Shown one piece after another: positions 24,317-36,004 of a DNA stretch of 64,000 nucleotides; positions within the stretch are counted from its first letter, which is position 1, and the number at the start of each line of letters is the position of its first letter. Source of the DNA: Pseudogymnoascus verrucosus (Eukaryota). The notes below the pieces were generated by a model. The model was not told the origin of the DNA and searched no databases. It worked only from the letters and a program-made list of their open reading frames with translations. Location: the NCBI GenBank assembly GCA_001662655.1, contig KV460238.1; one strand, given 5' to 3'. Made by a program: the position numbers and the translations under genes.

Positions 24317-24864
24317 AATACATGTAATGGAATTACACCAACCAATCTTGGGAGAGGCCGTTTCTTTCATGGCGTATATTTTTTCCTCGTTCTTGTGCTT
24401 CATTGGAGTTGGGAAGGCGGGTTCGTTAATCCCATTCATTTGACACCGTGCGTGGGTACACAGTACAGTTGGCAGTTGCCACAGGACATGATCGGTGCTT
24501 CGGCCGAAAAAAAACAAGCCCCGTTTACATATCTTTGCTATACCCAAAAAAAAGACTCCGAAGTCCAAAGACGGGGGAGAAGAGCGCAGGATATAACGGG
24601 CATCTGCGGCTCTGATTTCTACCTACCAGCTTAATTTTGTTCACACTATGAATGTCTTGACATCGTAATTGCACGCTTCCCAAGTGCTGGATACGGGCGT
24701 GAGACAACTTGAGAGGGTAAAGAAGACGCCAAGAAAAATAAAAGATAGTTGAAGAATATGGTTGAACATGGGGAAAATTGATGCGTGATTTGTTGCAATG
24801 TTATTGTGATTGTCAGCCCAACCTCCAGCTAATATGCATGTGATTTCCCGGCTCCTATGACCGT

Positions 24865-25791
24865 TTACGCCGTCTGACCCTGACCCTGACCCCTCTGAGG
24901 CCTCTCAACCCACGTCCCAACCTCTGGCAGCCCATTTTCCTTCTCCAGTCCTCTCCAGGGATTATCATTAAAGCTCGGATCATAATAGCCTATATACCAC
25001 AGCTCATTCCTTTGCCCTCTCTGCCCCGCATTTTGACCCCTACCCACTGATACTCCCGGTGGTCCCATGGTACTTGGAGAAGGTGGCGGTGGGCGCTGTG
25101 GTAGTGAGGCCACTGCTGGGGTTTGCAGTATTGTCGTCGTCCCGGGCGCTGGTGCTATGCTGGATCCCGGTGGTGCAACAACAGGCGTCCTCAACGCGTT
25201 CATAAAAGCTCCAAGTCCAGAACTCTGCGGTTTCTTGGCTTTCTGTTTTTGCTTTGGAGGGACTGGGGCCGCCGAGCTTCCTGTTGAGGATAAGATGGCA
25301 TCGATCTTCTCTTGTGCTTCCTGAGCTGCTTGATTTGGTGGTGGGAGGCTGGTATCAACATATCCTGGGCCTTGCTCGTCCTCATCCTCATCCAGCAAAA
25401 TCTCATCTTCATTCCTTCCTATCCCATCCATGATAGGTGGCGGACGACTGGTGTCCAAATATCTCGGCCCATCGTCGCCCTCATCCACGTACTGCGGTCC
25501 TTCATCATCATCCAATGCAATTTCCTCGTCATTTTTCGCAGCTCCTGTTGGGGCTTGTGACGGCACGCCCAATTGCCTTGGCCTTCCCAGCGGAATCTGA
25601 TTTCCTCCGCTGCCCTGCCCCTTTTTGCCCCCTTTGTCCACAGCTTCCAAGTCTTGGCCCTCAATGAAGGCATCGCTCTTGGGGTTGAACTTCCGTTTCT
25701 TGGGTGGTCCCTGGGTGCCGAAAGAGGAGAAGCCCATAGCTGCCGCCATGACGTCAGCCTCATCGTCGGACGAGGCATATGAGGGGTCCAT
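24865..25791 (-). CDS. Conserved-looking disordered protein with a C-terminal MPLKIP/TTDN1-like motif
   Basis: 308-aa intronless ORF. It carries MGFSSFG plus a PPKKRK NLS, two N(D/E)(E/D)EI.LD acidic repeats, and YYDPSFNDNPWRGLE. Confidence 0.65.
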   Translation of the reverse strand: MDPSYASSDDEADVMAAAMGFSSFGTQGPPKKRKFNPKSDAFIEGQDLEAVDKGGKKGQGSGGNQIPLGRPRQLGVPSQAPTGAAKNDEEIALDDDEGPQYVDEGDDGPRYLDTSRPPPIMDGIGRNEDEILLDEDEDEQGPGYVDTSLPPPNQAAQEAQEKIDAILSSTGSSAAPVPPKQKQKAKKPQSSGLGAFMNALRTPVVAPPGSSIAPAPGTTTILQTPAVASLPQRPPPPSPSTMGPPGVSVGRGQNAGQRGQRNELWYIGYYDPSFNDNPWRGLEKENGLPEVGTWVERPQRGQGQGQTA

Positions 25792-26157
25792 CCTTGTTGC
25801 TTTGAGGACAAAGTATTACAGGTTTGAAGGTGAGTATAGTATCGTAGGTCAGGTGACGAGATGGGAATTCACGTCCAGATTCTGGGGAAGAAAGCTAGCA
25901 GGGGTCCGTGCTTTACCATGCATTAGGTGCTCTCACCTTGTCTCAGATCTTGGGCTTTGCGGCTGGCCAGCACTTCGATTTTTTGTACGTGTTGCAAGTT
26001 AAGAAATAATTTGGCTGGCAGAAGAAATCTTCTAAATAGTGTATAATATCCCAGAATTCCCATATAATTTGACGGGCCCGCAACTACCACGTTATCAAAA
26101 TCACCACCGCACAAGACCTTGCCTCCTTAACTATCACCAACTCACCCCTCCAAAACA

Positions 26158-26760
26158 ATGTCAGACCCAATCGCCGCCGAAACTGTTGCAGCTGCGCCCA
26201 CCACTGCCTCCAGCATCCAGATACGGGCCCCAAAAGAACGCGGCGCACCCTCATCTCCATCCTCCGCAACCTTCGTCCCTCCCCGCGACTCTATCACAGG
26301 AACCTGGCACGTTACCCACTCCACGCTCCCCATGTGGAGAAAAGCCCGCAACGTCGCCATAACCTACGCGCCTCTCTCGGAAGACGCCAACCCCAAGCTT
26401 GACGACTCGGTGACCTATCAGGGCCTTACGGGCTCTGGTATCAAGACGGTCTCTGGCATCGATACGCCCGCGGGTGATGGGGCGTGGAGCTGGCGAGGGA
26501 AGGGGTGGTTGATGATTGCGAGTAGCCATTGGCAGTTCTTGGGGTATGGCGGGGGAGGAGAGGGAAGAGAGGGGGAGGGCTGGGCTGTGACGTATTTCCA
26601 GAAGACGCTGTTTACGCCGGCGGGGATTGATATTTACAGTCGGCGGAAGGAGGGGCTGGGTGCTGAGAGGCTGAAGGGAGTTACGGCTGCTTTGGCAGAG
26701 AATGAGAGCGAAGAGATTAGAGAGTTGGCGAAGGTGTTGTTTGAAGTCAAACGGGACTAG
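26158..26760 (+). CDS. Hypothetical lipocalin/calycin-like beta-barrel protein
   Basis: 200-aa ORF with GTWHVTHST (GxW, SCR1-like) and a C-terminal GIDIYSR motif followed by a helix. The fold assignment is inferred. Confidence 0.6.
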   Translation: MSDPIAAETVAAAPTTASSIQIRAPKERGAPSSPSSATFVPPRDSITGTWHVTHSTLPMWRKARNVAITYAPLSEDANPKLDDSVTYQGLTGSGIKTVSGIDTPAGDGAWSWRGKGWLMIASSHWQFLGYGGGGEGREGEGWAVTYFQKTLFTPAGIDIYSRRKEGLGAERLKGVTAALAENESEEIRELAKVLFEVKRD

Positions 26761-27113
26761 ATGGGCATTCATGAGGGGAGCCCTGCAAGTGCGAGATAGA
26801 CGACATGTCGAGACAGATGTATAGAGATACCCAAATTTGATCAGCAATGAATTAACATAACCTGTACGCTAGTAATAAGTGCACACAGAAGCTTGCAAAT
26901 ACTTGCAGTCAAAATGAAACGATCACATGCATGTAAAGCAGGGCCGTTTTACAGTTGCTTCTCTAGTGAGATAGAATAACACAATTGATAGTTACACATG
27001 CCTCTCGCCGCATGACAGTATATACTGCAATAATCATACAACATATCCCCTCTCTATTCCCTCCATCAGATCCCCCATCTATTCCCTCGGCCTGGCCTCT
27101 CGCTATTGCCCAT

Positions 27114-27749
27114 CTATTGCTCAATCTCCGCCAAATCCTTAACCCTCAACTCAGACAACTTCAACACCGTGAACTTGTGCTTGCTGATAACAGTCTTCGT
27201 CCTCCGATTCCTCTGCTTCTTCTTAATCTTAATCCGTGCCGGCTCTCCCTCGGTCCCCATCACAATAGCCCTGCACTCGAACACCCTCTCGTCCACGTGT
27301 GGTTGCCCCTTCAATGTGTAGTCTCTGCTGCCAATAGCGGAAGCGCGGTTGAGTCGGAGAACGTCGCCTGGGACAACGCCAGGCATGTGGAATGGGAGGC
27401 GCACGGTATCTCCGACAGTGAGGAGGTATGGTCGGCCGTGGATGAGCGCGGTTATGAATTTCGACGGTTGCGCATTGAGCAGCGGTAGGAGCTCCTTCAC
27501 CGATTCCGTGACGGCGTAAGGAGTAGATGGCGCGGCTGGCTGAGCAGCTTTGATTTCAGTGGCAGACGCAATGGCCTCAGTCGAGATGGGAGAATGCGAG
27601 GCCAGCGGAGCCTTCGAGGTCGGGGGCTCGACGTGCTGTTCTGTCGAGTTGAAGTATCGTGCCTGGCTGGGGAGGAGGAAAGTTGGCGGGAGTGTCGAGG
27701 AGGGAACCCGCACCTCCTGCACCGCTCGTCTTAATGCTCTGCTAAACAT
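27114..27749 (-). CDS. MRPL49: Mitochondrial ribosomal protein bL21m
   Basis: Presequence MFSRALRR. L21 motifs IHGRPYLLTVGD, GSRDYTLKG and KKKQRNRRTK...KHKFTVLKLSEL. Confidence 0.9.
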   Translation of the reverse strand: MFSRALRRAVQEVRVPSSTLPPTFLLPSQARYFNSTEQHVEPPTSKAPLASHSPISTEAIASATEIKAAQPAAPSTPYAVTESVKELLPLLNAQPSKFITALIHGRPYLLTVGDTVRLPFHMPGVVPGDVLRLNRASAIGSRDYTLKGQPHVDERVFECRAIVMGTEGEPARIKIKKKQRNRRTKTVISKHKFTVLKLSELRVKDLAEIEQ

Positions 27750-28235
27750 TTTCGGTCTTGAATGTGGCCTGCGATGCCAATTGCAGGAGCTGGTCTATAA
27801 AAGTTGGTGGTTCAGGGCGCTCGAGAATCTCGAAATCTTGCTGACTAATCAGACGCTACGACCATGAAGTCTTGGCATGCCGATTGCGAGGCTTATCTTT
27901 GGGAGAGGGTTTGGCAAAGTTAGAGGAAAGCCATTTGGGACTGTACAAATAAGAAATAATCGTAAAGGAGATGGGTGTTTGAGTGCATCTTCCTCATTTG
28001 AGGTTGTTTGCTTGAAAAGTAACTTATTTCACGTTGATGGCTTTGACTCTTGAAAAACGAATGGCAAGATGGTGTTATATAATATGTCTGTCTTTGATAT
28101 AAATGCGATATATATTTATATTCGAACAATTAATCTAATTACCTTCGGCGGCGAGCCTGGACCTCGCAGTCTATATTCTCATCTGACCCAATAATTCATC
28201 CAGAAACGCCCATTTCTATCCAAGCCCTGGACGCT

Positions 28236-29480
28236 TTATTTCCCGTCTTCCACAACCACAGCAACAACTACACATATATCATCGACCTTTCCGCCGGTCC
28301 ACATCTCATGCGGGTAGTGCTTCTGCACCTCTTTGGCAAACGGCCCATCAACCCTCCTATTAATACTCGCCGCCTTTGCTGCGCTCGCTATCCCCATCGC
28401 CAGGAACGACTGCAACGATTTAACATGGTCAGACCCTGGCGAATCATCCTTCAGAATATAATCAGATAAGCGATCCGTAACGTTGATGCCGTCGTCACTG
28501 TGAGTCCACGCATTTGACCCAACCATCAGCTTGCTGACAAGCCGAAGGATATCGTAGCTATTGAGATTATCCCACACGCCATCTGTTGCAAAGACGAGCA
28601 CATCACCGTGGCGCAAGCTGTGCTTGGAGACCGCGGAATCCTTTGGCATATCATCCAACTGTGTTCCTCCAAAGGCTTGGGTCATCATCCGCATCGATCT
28701 TGGTATGATGGCCAGTTGATAGGGGGTGTTGAAAGCGTGTGTCTGGGGCTCGGAGTTGTAGTGCACCGCATTCAACCGCAGCTGAAGGAAGCCAGAGTCG
28801 CCCAAATTCGCAACATCCAGACTTCCATCGGTCCTCGCGATTGCGACGCAGGCAGTGCTACCGCCTGCTCTAATAGTCTTGTCATTGACCACAGAATCGT
28901 ATCCTTCTTGCATTAATCCCATTGCACTCAGTGCATCCCCCGATTCGGTATCGTAATTATTGGCTTCATATGCCATGTAGTCGCAGAAGGCATGGGAGAA
29001 ATCCGCTGGGTCCACTCCCGAGTCTGCCCACCCACCTACTCCGTCTGCAACGCCCATCGCCACATCGCCGCTGTCGCCGAGCTGAGAGACGAAAAAGGCA
29101 TCTTGGCCGGAAGCAGGGCGGTCTTTTCTGTTCGTTCGCCGCTTGACCGGGATTGGGCGGGGTTCGAAGTGAAGCACGTTATCTTTCGGCTTGAAGCGTT
29201 TGTCCTTGGCTGTAAAGGAGGCAGCAATCCCGTATGAGAATCGAGGTGGTGGGGATGTGGCTGACGAGGAGCTATATTCCTGTCGTTTCGTTATGGGTGT
29301 TAGGAGGCTATGCTGCCGTTGTGAGGGCGCTTTCGTTCGAAGAGAGGGGGCTGTAAGGTTTCTTCGTCCTGTTGATCGTTGGGCACAGAGTGTGGGAATG
29401 GCATATTCTGCTAGGGCAATTCTCTTTGATGCTGCCGTCACCAACGTGTTGGCTGATATGCGCCGCGCCGCAATGTCCAT
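28236..29480 (-). CDS. PTC7: PP2C-family protein phosphatase Ptc7/Azr1, probably mitochondrial
   Basis: GQDAFF, GVADGVGGW, GGSTAC, NLGDSG, FNTPYQL, ATDGVWDN and GGKVDDI motifs, with an Arg/Ser-rich presequence. Confidence 0.92.
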   Translation of the reverse strand: MDIAARRISANTLVTAASKRIALAEYAIPTLCAQRSTGRRNLTAPSLRTKAPSQRQHSLLTPITKRQEYSSSSATSPPPRFSYGIAASFTAKDKRFKPKDNVLHFEPRPIPVKRRTNRKDRPASGQDAFFVSQLGDSGDVAMGVADGVGGWADSGVDPADFSHAFCDYMAYEANNYDTESGDALSAMGLMQEGYDSVVNDKTIRAGGSTACVAIARTDGSLDVANLGDSGFLQLRLNAVHYNSEPQTHAFNTPYQLAIIPRSMRMMTQAFGGTQLDDMPKDSAVSKHSLRHGDVLVFATDGVWDNLNSYDILRLVSKLMVGSNAWTHSDDGINVTDRLSDYILKDDSPGSDHVKSLQSFLAMGIASAAKAASINRRVDGPFAKEVQKHYPHEMWTGGKVDDICVVVAVVVEDGK

Positions 29481-30266
29481 GGCTGCGAAAGATTGATGTC
29501 CTGGACTCTAAGAAATGCGAAGCTCGGGTGGCTTGCTGTCGGGGAACCAAAAACGCGCGCTAAATTGCTGCCATTATCGCTCTGTATATGTATGATTGAA
29601 GTCGCGGGCTCTATTATGCGTTGGAGTCGTAGTTACTGGGCTTAAAGTGTTGGTAAAGCCAGCTCCTGTTTTATGAAAAAGGTATTTCAGAGAATTAAGG
29701 AAATCGCGGGATTGGGGCGCGGCGGCGCTATCAACATATCGGACGGTAGGGTGCCGTGCTCCGATAGTATGGAGCTAAATATGACAATGGGTTATAGAGA
29801 AGAGTCTTGGTATTAGGGTCCTAATACAGATAATGAGCCTAAGGAATAATTCCTATACTTGAAATGACTATTTTTTGTGATGTGGCCTTCTAAAACAAGA
29901 AAGAGACCCATCGTTTTGATATGCCGTATTGAGTTCCGGGGGAATCGATGTATCAAATCCAGCCTCGTAGCCTCGCGGCAGATCTCCAGTTTTAGCCAAT
30001 TACCCGATCGCGTCACGTACAGGGGGGTTCCAGACCTCAGCCGCCTGCAACTGCCCGCGACAAAGACCATCGATCGAATAGATCCATTTATTCCCAAAGG
30101 GGTTCTCAATAGCATTTCCTGGGAACCCTCAGTTGAGATATATACATTCATATTTCTCCCGACGTTCCACACAAATGAGACTTCGTTACTAAAACTGGCC
30201 GACTCACAGCTTGGCAATTTACACAGCAGTCGCCTACAACGACCGTCACATACAAAGCTTCCGACC

Positions 30267-33057
30267 ATGGTGGGACGCGAAGAAGAGGCCACAGGCCTTT
30301 TAGACAACAATCATGAGGCCCAATCACGGCCCTCAGTCGATTCAATATCTTCAGCATCGACGACTAGCCTAGTGTTTGAACGAATCGATGAACAAAACAA
30401 GAGCCAAGCCAAGGCATCGAGGTTACAAGCCCAGAACGGCTCCCGACCCTACAGCGACCATATGGACGCGTCCTCAATAGACCCCGAAGAGGAAAAGCAG
30501 CAAGACCTCGAAAATGGCCTTTTAACGAGCGGCAAGGGAAGCAGCAGATGGTGCACAAAGCTCGTCTGGATTGCTGGGGGAATATTCGTCGCGGCATGGG
30601 CTCTGGGAACTGTTATATTTCTCATTCAACATCCCGTAGCCGATGCCCCTCACAACCCAAATGCGCCCAATATCGGCAACGGAAATAAAGTGACCCTACC
30701 ACAGGTTCTTGGCGGGCAGTGGCGCGCGCAAAGGCACGGCATCAGCTGGATTGAGGGCGCCAATGGCGAAGACGGCCTACTTCTTGAGCAAGGTGCGAGT
30801 GGCAAGGACTACCTCGTAGTCGACGATGTGCGCGGGGATAATGTGACACAGGGTAGCTCTCCAATCAGTGTTACGTTGATGAAGGAAAGAGACTTCACTT
30901 CGGGAGGTGAAAGACTTAGCCCGTCGAAAGTCTGGCCAAGCAAGAACCTTAAGCATGTTCTCATTGCTACCGACGTCGAGAGCAACTGGAGGCATTCCTT
31001 TTATGCCCGATACTGGATCTTTGATGTCGAGACTCAAACCGCTCAGCCACTGGACCCGACCAACCTCCGTGGTAGAGTTCAGTTGGCAAGCTGGAGCCCC
31101 CAGAGTGATGCCATCGTGTTTACAAGAGACAACAACATGTTCCTTCGGAAACTCTCTTCGCCAAGCGTCATACCTATCACAACAGATGGGAACAAGGACT
31201 TGTTCTATGGTATTCCCGACTGGGTCTATGAAGAGGAAGTTTTCTCCGGAAACAGTGCGACTTGGTGGGCTGAAGATGGGAAATATATTGCATTCCTCAG
31301 GACAAATGAATCTCAAGTGCCAGAATATCCAGTCCAGTATTTCATAAAGAGACCGAGTGGGACGGATGCCGCCCCTGGAGAGGAGAACTACCCAGAGGTC
31401 AGGCAGATTAAATACCCAAAGGCTGGGGCCCCGAATCCAATAGTCTCTCTCCGGTTTTACGATATTGCCAAGGGCGATGTCTTTGACGTCAAGACCACGG
31501 ATGAATTTGCCGACGACACTCGTCTTATCACAGAAGTCATCTGGGCAGGCTCGACAGGAAAAGCAATCGTCAAGGAGACCAACCGCGAAAGCGACATTTT
31601 ACAAGTCGTTTTGGTGGATGTATTAAGCCGCTCAGGCAAGACTGTGCGTACTGTCAACGTGGCTGAGATTGATGGCGGATGGTTCGAAGTTTCTCAGAAG
31701 ACTCGTTACATTCCAGCAGACCCTTCGAATGGAAGGGCCCATGACGGTTATATTGACACGATAATCCACGAGAATTATGATCACCTCGGCTACTTTACGC
31801 CTCTGGATAATGCCACGCCAGTTCTACTTACTTCCGGAGACTGGGAGGTTGAGTCGGCTCCATCAGCTGTGGATCTGAAGAAGAACCTGGTGTATTTTAT
31901 TTCCACCAAGGAATCGCCGATTCAACGGCACATTTACAGTGTCAAACTAGATGGAACTGATCTAAAGCCCCTCACTGATACTTCAAAAGAGGGGTATTAC
32001 GGTGGCTCATTCTCCAGCGGTGCTGGTTACGTTTTACTTGGCTACGAGGGTCCTGCTATTCCATGGCAAAGGGTTATTAGCACGCCGAGCAATCCCGACT
32101 CTTACGAGAAAATTGTGGAGGAAAACAAAGGACTGGAAAGGATGGCCAAGAAGCACGACCTACCCGAAAATATATACTCTAACGTTACAATTGACGGGTT
32201 TAACTTGCAAGTCATTGAGCGCCGCCCGCCTCATTTCGACAAAAATAAGAAGTACCCGGTGCTTTTCCACCTCTATGGAGGCCCAGGCTCACAGACAGTC
32301 AACAAAAAATTCAACGTCGACTTCCAAGCATATGTTGCTGCCAACTTGGGATATATCGTTGTCACAGTTGACGGTCGTGGCACAGGGTTCATTGGGCGCA
32401 AAGCGCGTTGCATCATCCGAGGTGACCTGGGACACTGGGAGGCGCGCGATCAGATCGAGACTGCAAAGATCTGGGCTGCGAAGTCTTATGTCGATGCGTC
32501 TCGCCTTGCTATATGGGGATGGTCATATGGTGGATTCATGACCCTCAAGACTCTTGAGCAGGACGCCGGCAAGACCTTCCAATATGGTATGGCAGTTGCT
32601 CCAGTGACGGACTGGAGGTACTACGATTCCATCTATACGGAGCGATATATGCACACGCCCCAGGAGAACCCAGGGGGGTATGACAACGCAACCGTCAGCG
32701 ACGCACTGGCATTGCAGAAGAATGTGCGGTTCTTGATCATGCACGGTGTTGCGGATGACAATGTGCATATGCAAAACACATTGGCACTGCTCGATCGACT
32801 GGATTTGGCCGGCGTGGAGAACTATGATGTCCACGTCTTCCCCGATAGCGACCATGGGATTTATTTCCACAACGCGAACAAGATCGTGTACGACAGTAAG
32901 TTTGCCCCTATAATTTCAGCCACGTGCCATATACATTCACTAATACATTACAGAATTGAACAACTGGCTTATCAACGCCTTTAACGGCGAGTGGTTGAGG
33001 ACGACGAATGCTGTGCCAATAGCAGTAGACACTGCTGCTGACAGGGAGAAGGAGTAG
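30267..33057 (+). CDS. DAP2: Dipeptidyl aminopeptidase B (S9B, type II membrane); exons 30267-32895, 32954-33057
   Basis: Single TM anchor, DWVYEEE, catalytic GWSYGG, DDNV and DSDH motifs. Intron 32896-32953. Confidence 0.93.
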
Positions 33058-34166
33058 GCTTTTGGAACAGGTTGAGCGCTGCCTCAATGTAGAGGGGCAT
33101 AAGGCGTTATCACGTATCATATATGTGCGATAGGAGCTGTATCAGCATTCGCGGCGTTTGGATTGGGACCTTGTATACTTTTATTTATTCACTATTGCAG
33201 AGATACCAGCTGAAGCATATCAAATGGCCAAAAATTTATTACTCAAAAGCTTCGTTGATTGACATGAATCTCCAAGTCAACGTCGTAAGCTCAATCGTCA
33301 CGACAACCATAAAGCAATATCGCATGACCAATTGCTCTGATCAAATTATACAAGCTATCTCCTTTCTAGCTCGCCGGCGTCGGTGCAAAAAGTCGGATTG
33401 TCCGTGTTGACATTCTCTCTATATATAATTAGCACGCCATAACCCCACACAGTGTTATCATATTGCTCGCATGGCATCAACCACCAAATTTCACCACATT
33501 ACGAAGCTACCATGCCCAACTCTAGTGTCGCTAGCGACCACACTGATTGATCAGACTGAACGGTTGATCTGGGTAAGCTGTTGACGTCTTCTGACGCCTT
33601 CGCAATCACCCATCCTCCATCGGTCAACTCTTTCTGTCACGCCGATGCCTCCTCATAGCTCGACCTTGAAACCTGCACATCATCACGGTACGGAGAAGTC
33701 AACCACCGACCGCCGTCTGTTTTAACCCACTAGGTATGTGCAAGATTTCGTGATCGAACTACGTAGCCACTTAGGACGCGCTGATTGAAAGCACGCTCGA
33801 TAGCGGGGTTGGTGGGACCGACGACGCCGATATAGAAACAAGGCGCCATGAGGATACGCATGGCGGGGTAGCCTCGAGGACGGGCAAAGCATGGTAGTTG
33901 TCGCCGACAGCTCCTCAGAATGCTTCAATGAGGAGCACAAGCATCGTTGTCGTCGCCATAGGCTGCTATCTCGCGTCATTGCGATCTTGCATACATAGCG
34001 AGCTATTCTCTCACGAAATATATATATATGCCCTGCAAGCCTGAGTCGCAAATATGTCTCCCGGACTCTGTTTTATAGTCATCTCTTCCAACTATCCTAC
34101 TCGACCGAAGCCACAGAAGCCTACAGCTATTTCAATACCACCAGTACCTATCAAGACTTAGACATT

Positions 34167-35589
34167 ATGGCTCCTTCTATTGAACAAGTCGTTCCGGAGT
34201 CCGTCGTGCAGACTGCTGAGCACATCCAGGAGAAGCTTACAGCTGTTAGCCTTGGCAACTCTGAGGAGCAGAAGCCTGTTGAGAAGGTTGAGGAAGCTCC
34301 GGCTGTTCAGGCCCCAGCTGTCGAGACTGCTCCAGCTGTTCAAGCTCCAGCCGTCGAGGCACCGGCTGCTGAAGTGCCAGCTGAGGAGGCCGTCAAGCCA
34401 GCGGCTGTCCCAGCTACCAGCTACATCAAAGCACCCCTGAAGCTCAGCGGTGCCATCGACTCATGGAAGAACTTTGAAGTGACCCCAGTTATTGGGCGTG
34501 AATACGCCGATGTTGACCTCGCCGCCGTCCTAACGGCTGAGAACTCTGACGAGCTGCTCAGAGACCTTGCCATCACCAGTACGTTTAGAAAAACCCGACC
34601 ACACACAGAATAAGAAGTGCTAACAGATCTCTAGTCTCCCAGCGTGGTGTCGTCTTTTTCCGTGCCCAAGATAACCTTACCGACGACCTCCAGAAGCAAC
34701 TTGCACAGCGCCTTGGCGAGCTCTCTGGCAAGCCTGAGACTTCCAAGCTTCACATCCACCCTGTTGCAAACGCAGGAAGGGAGCACGGAGGCAAGGATGA
34801 CGAGATCAGCGTCATCTCATCCGAGCAGGCGAAGAAGATCTACTTCAACTCAAAGTCGAAGTTTTACAACCAGGGCGTGAAGAAGCAGAACGGAAAGATT
34901 GGCTGGCACTCGGACATCACCTTCGAGCCCATCCCATCCGACTACTCCATCCTCAGACTTGTTGAGCTTCCCTCGACTGGCGGTGGTAAGTCCTAAAACA
35001 ACCCCCCAACGCTTGAGCCAAAGCTGACAATCAAACCACAGACACCCTCTGGGCCTCCGGCTACGAGCTCTACGACCGCATCTCCGAACCATACCAGAAA
35101 TTCCTCGAGACCCTGACCGCCACCTACGCGCAACCCGGCTTCAACGAGGCCGCCGACAGGAACGGCTTCAAGCTCTACACCGAAGCCCGCGGCGCCCCCG
35201 AGAACGTCGGCGACCTCCTCGAGGCCATCCACCCCGTCATCCGCACCAACCCCGTTACCGGGTGGAAATCCGTCTTTGCCGTCGGCCAGCACGTCGCCAA
35301 GGTGAACGACGTGAGCGAGCTCGAGAGCGAGGCGCTTCTGGCTTGGTTCGTCAGACTGTTGGTCGATAACCACGATCTACAGGTCCGTCATAGGTGGCAG
35401 AACCCGAATGATCTCGCTATCTGGGATAACAGGAGTGTGTACCATGCTGCTACTCCGGATTACCTCGAGGGTAACTATGGAGAGAGGAAGGGGAACCGCG
35501 CGGTGAGCTTGGGGGAAAGGCCGTATTTGGACCCGGCTAGTGTGTCGAGGAAGGAGGCGCTGGCCGCTGAGAGTGCTGCTTCTGCTTAG
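34167..35589 (+). CDS. TauD/TfdA-family Fe(II)/2-oxoglutarate sulfonate dioxygenase (JLP1-like); exons 34167-34578, 34635-34985, 35042-35589
   Basis: TPVIGRE, ISQRGVVFFR, WHSDITFE (HxD), GGDTLW, HPVIRTNPVTG and AIWDNRSVYH motifs. Confidence 0.92.
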
Positions 35590-36004
35590 AGCATTTAAGG
35601 AGAGGTTTTTGAGCGTAGTGTACTTGGCTTATTTGGGGTACAAGTAGGATGAATAATGAAATTGTTAAATATAACCGAGTGCATGCTTAATTGTAAAAAT
35701 GCGACGTAAAGTATGAAATAAGAATGAAAGCGATCGATATAAACGCACAGAAACAGTTGAAGGCTTACCGTTGTCGTCTTTACCACCCTTGCACGACGGA
35801 TAGCACCTCGTGAACAGACATAAATTCTCACTGAACAGCTAGAATAATGAAGGTTGGCTGACACCGGTAGTCGTGAATCTGTTCAATTTTGTACTTCTTC
35901 CCGTACACTGGGAGTGCCTATATAACCCAACTCCAAACAAATGCTGCATCGACCCACCCAACAACGCCTGGTATGTTCCCCAAAATCCCCCCTGCCCACA
36001 AAAT

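Noticed and set aside
29877..30266. 130-codon in-frame open extension upstream of DAP2 (similar extensions precede DGK1 and the AsaB-like gene)
   Set aside because: The extensions do not look like protein and read as promoter or 5' UTR. Family-typical N termini begin at the downstream ATGs. TSS or Ribo-seq data would be needed to revive this.
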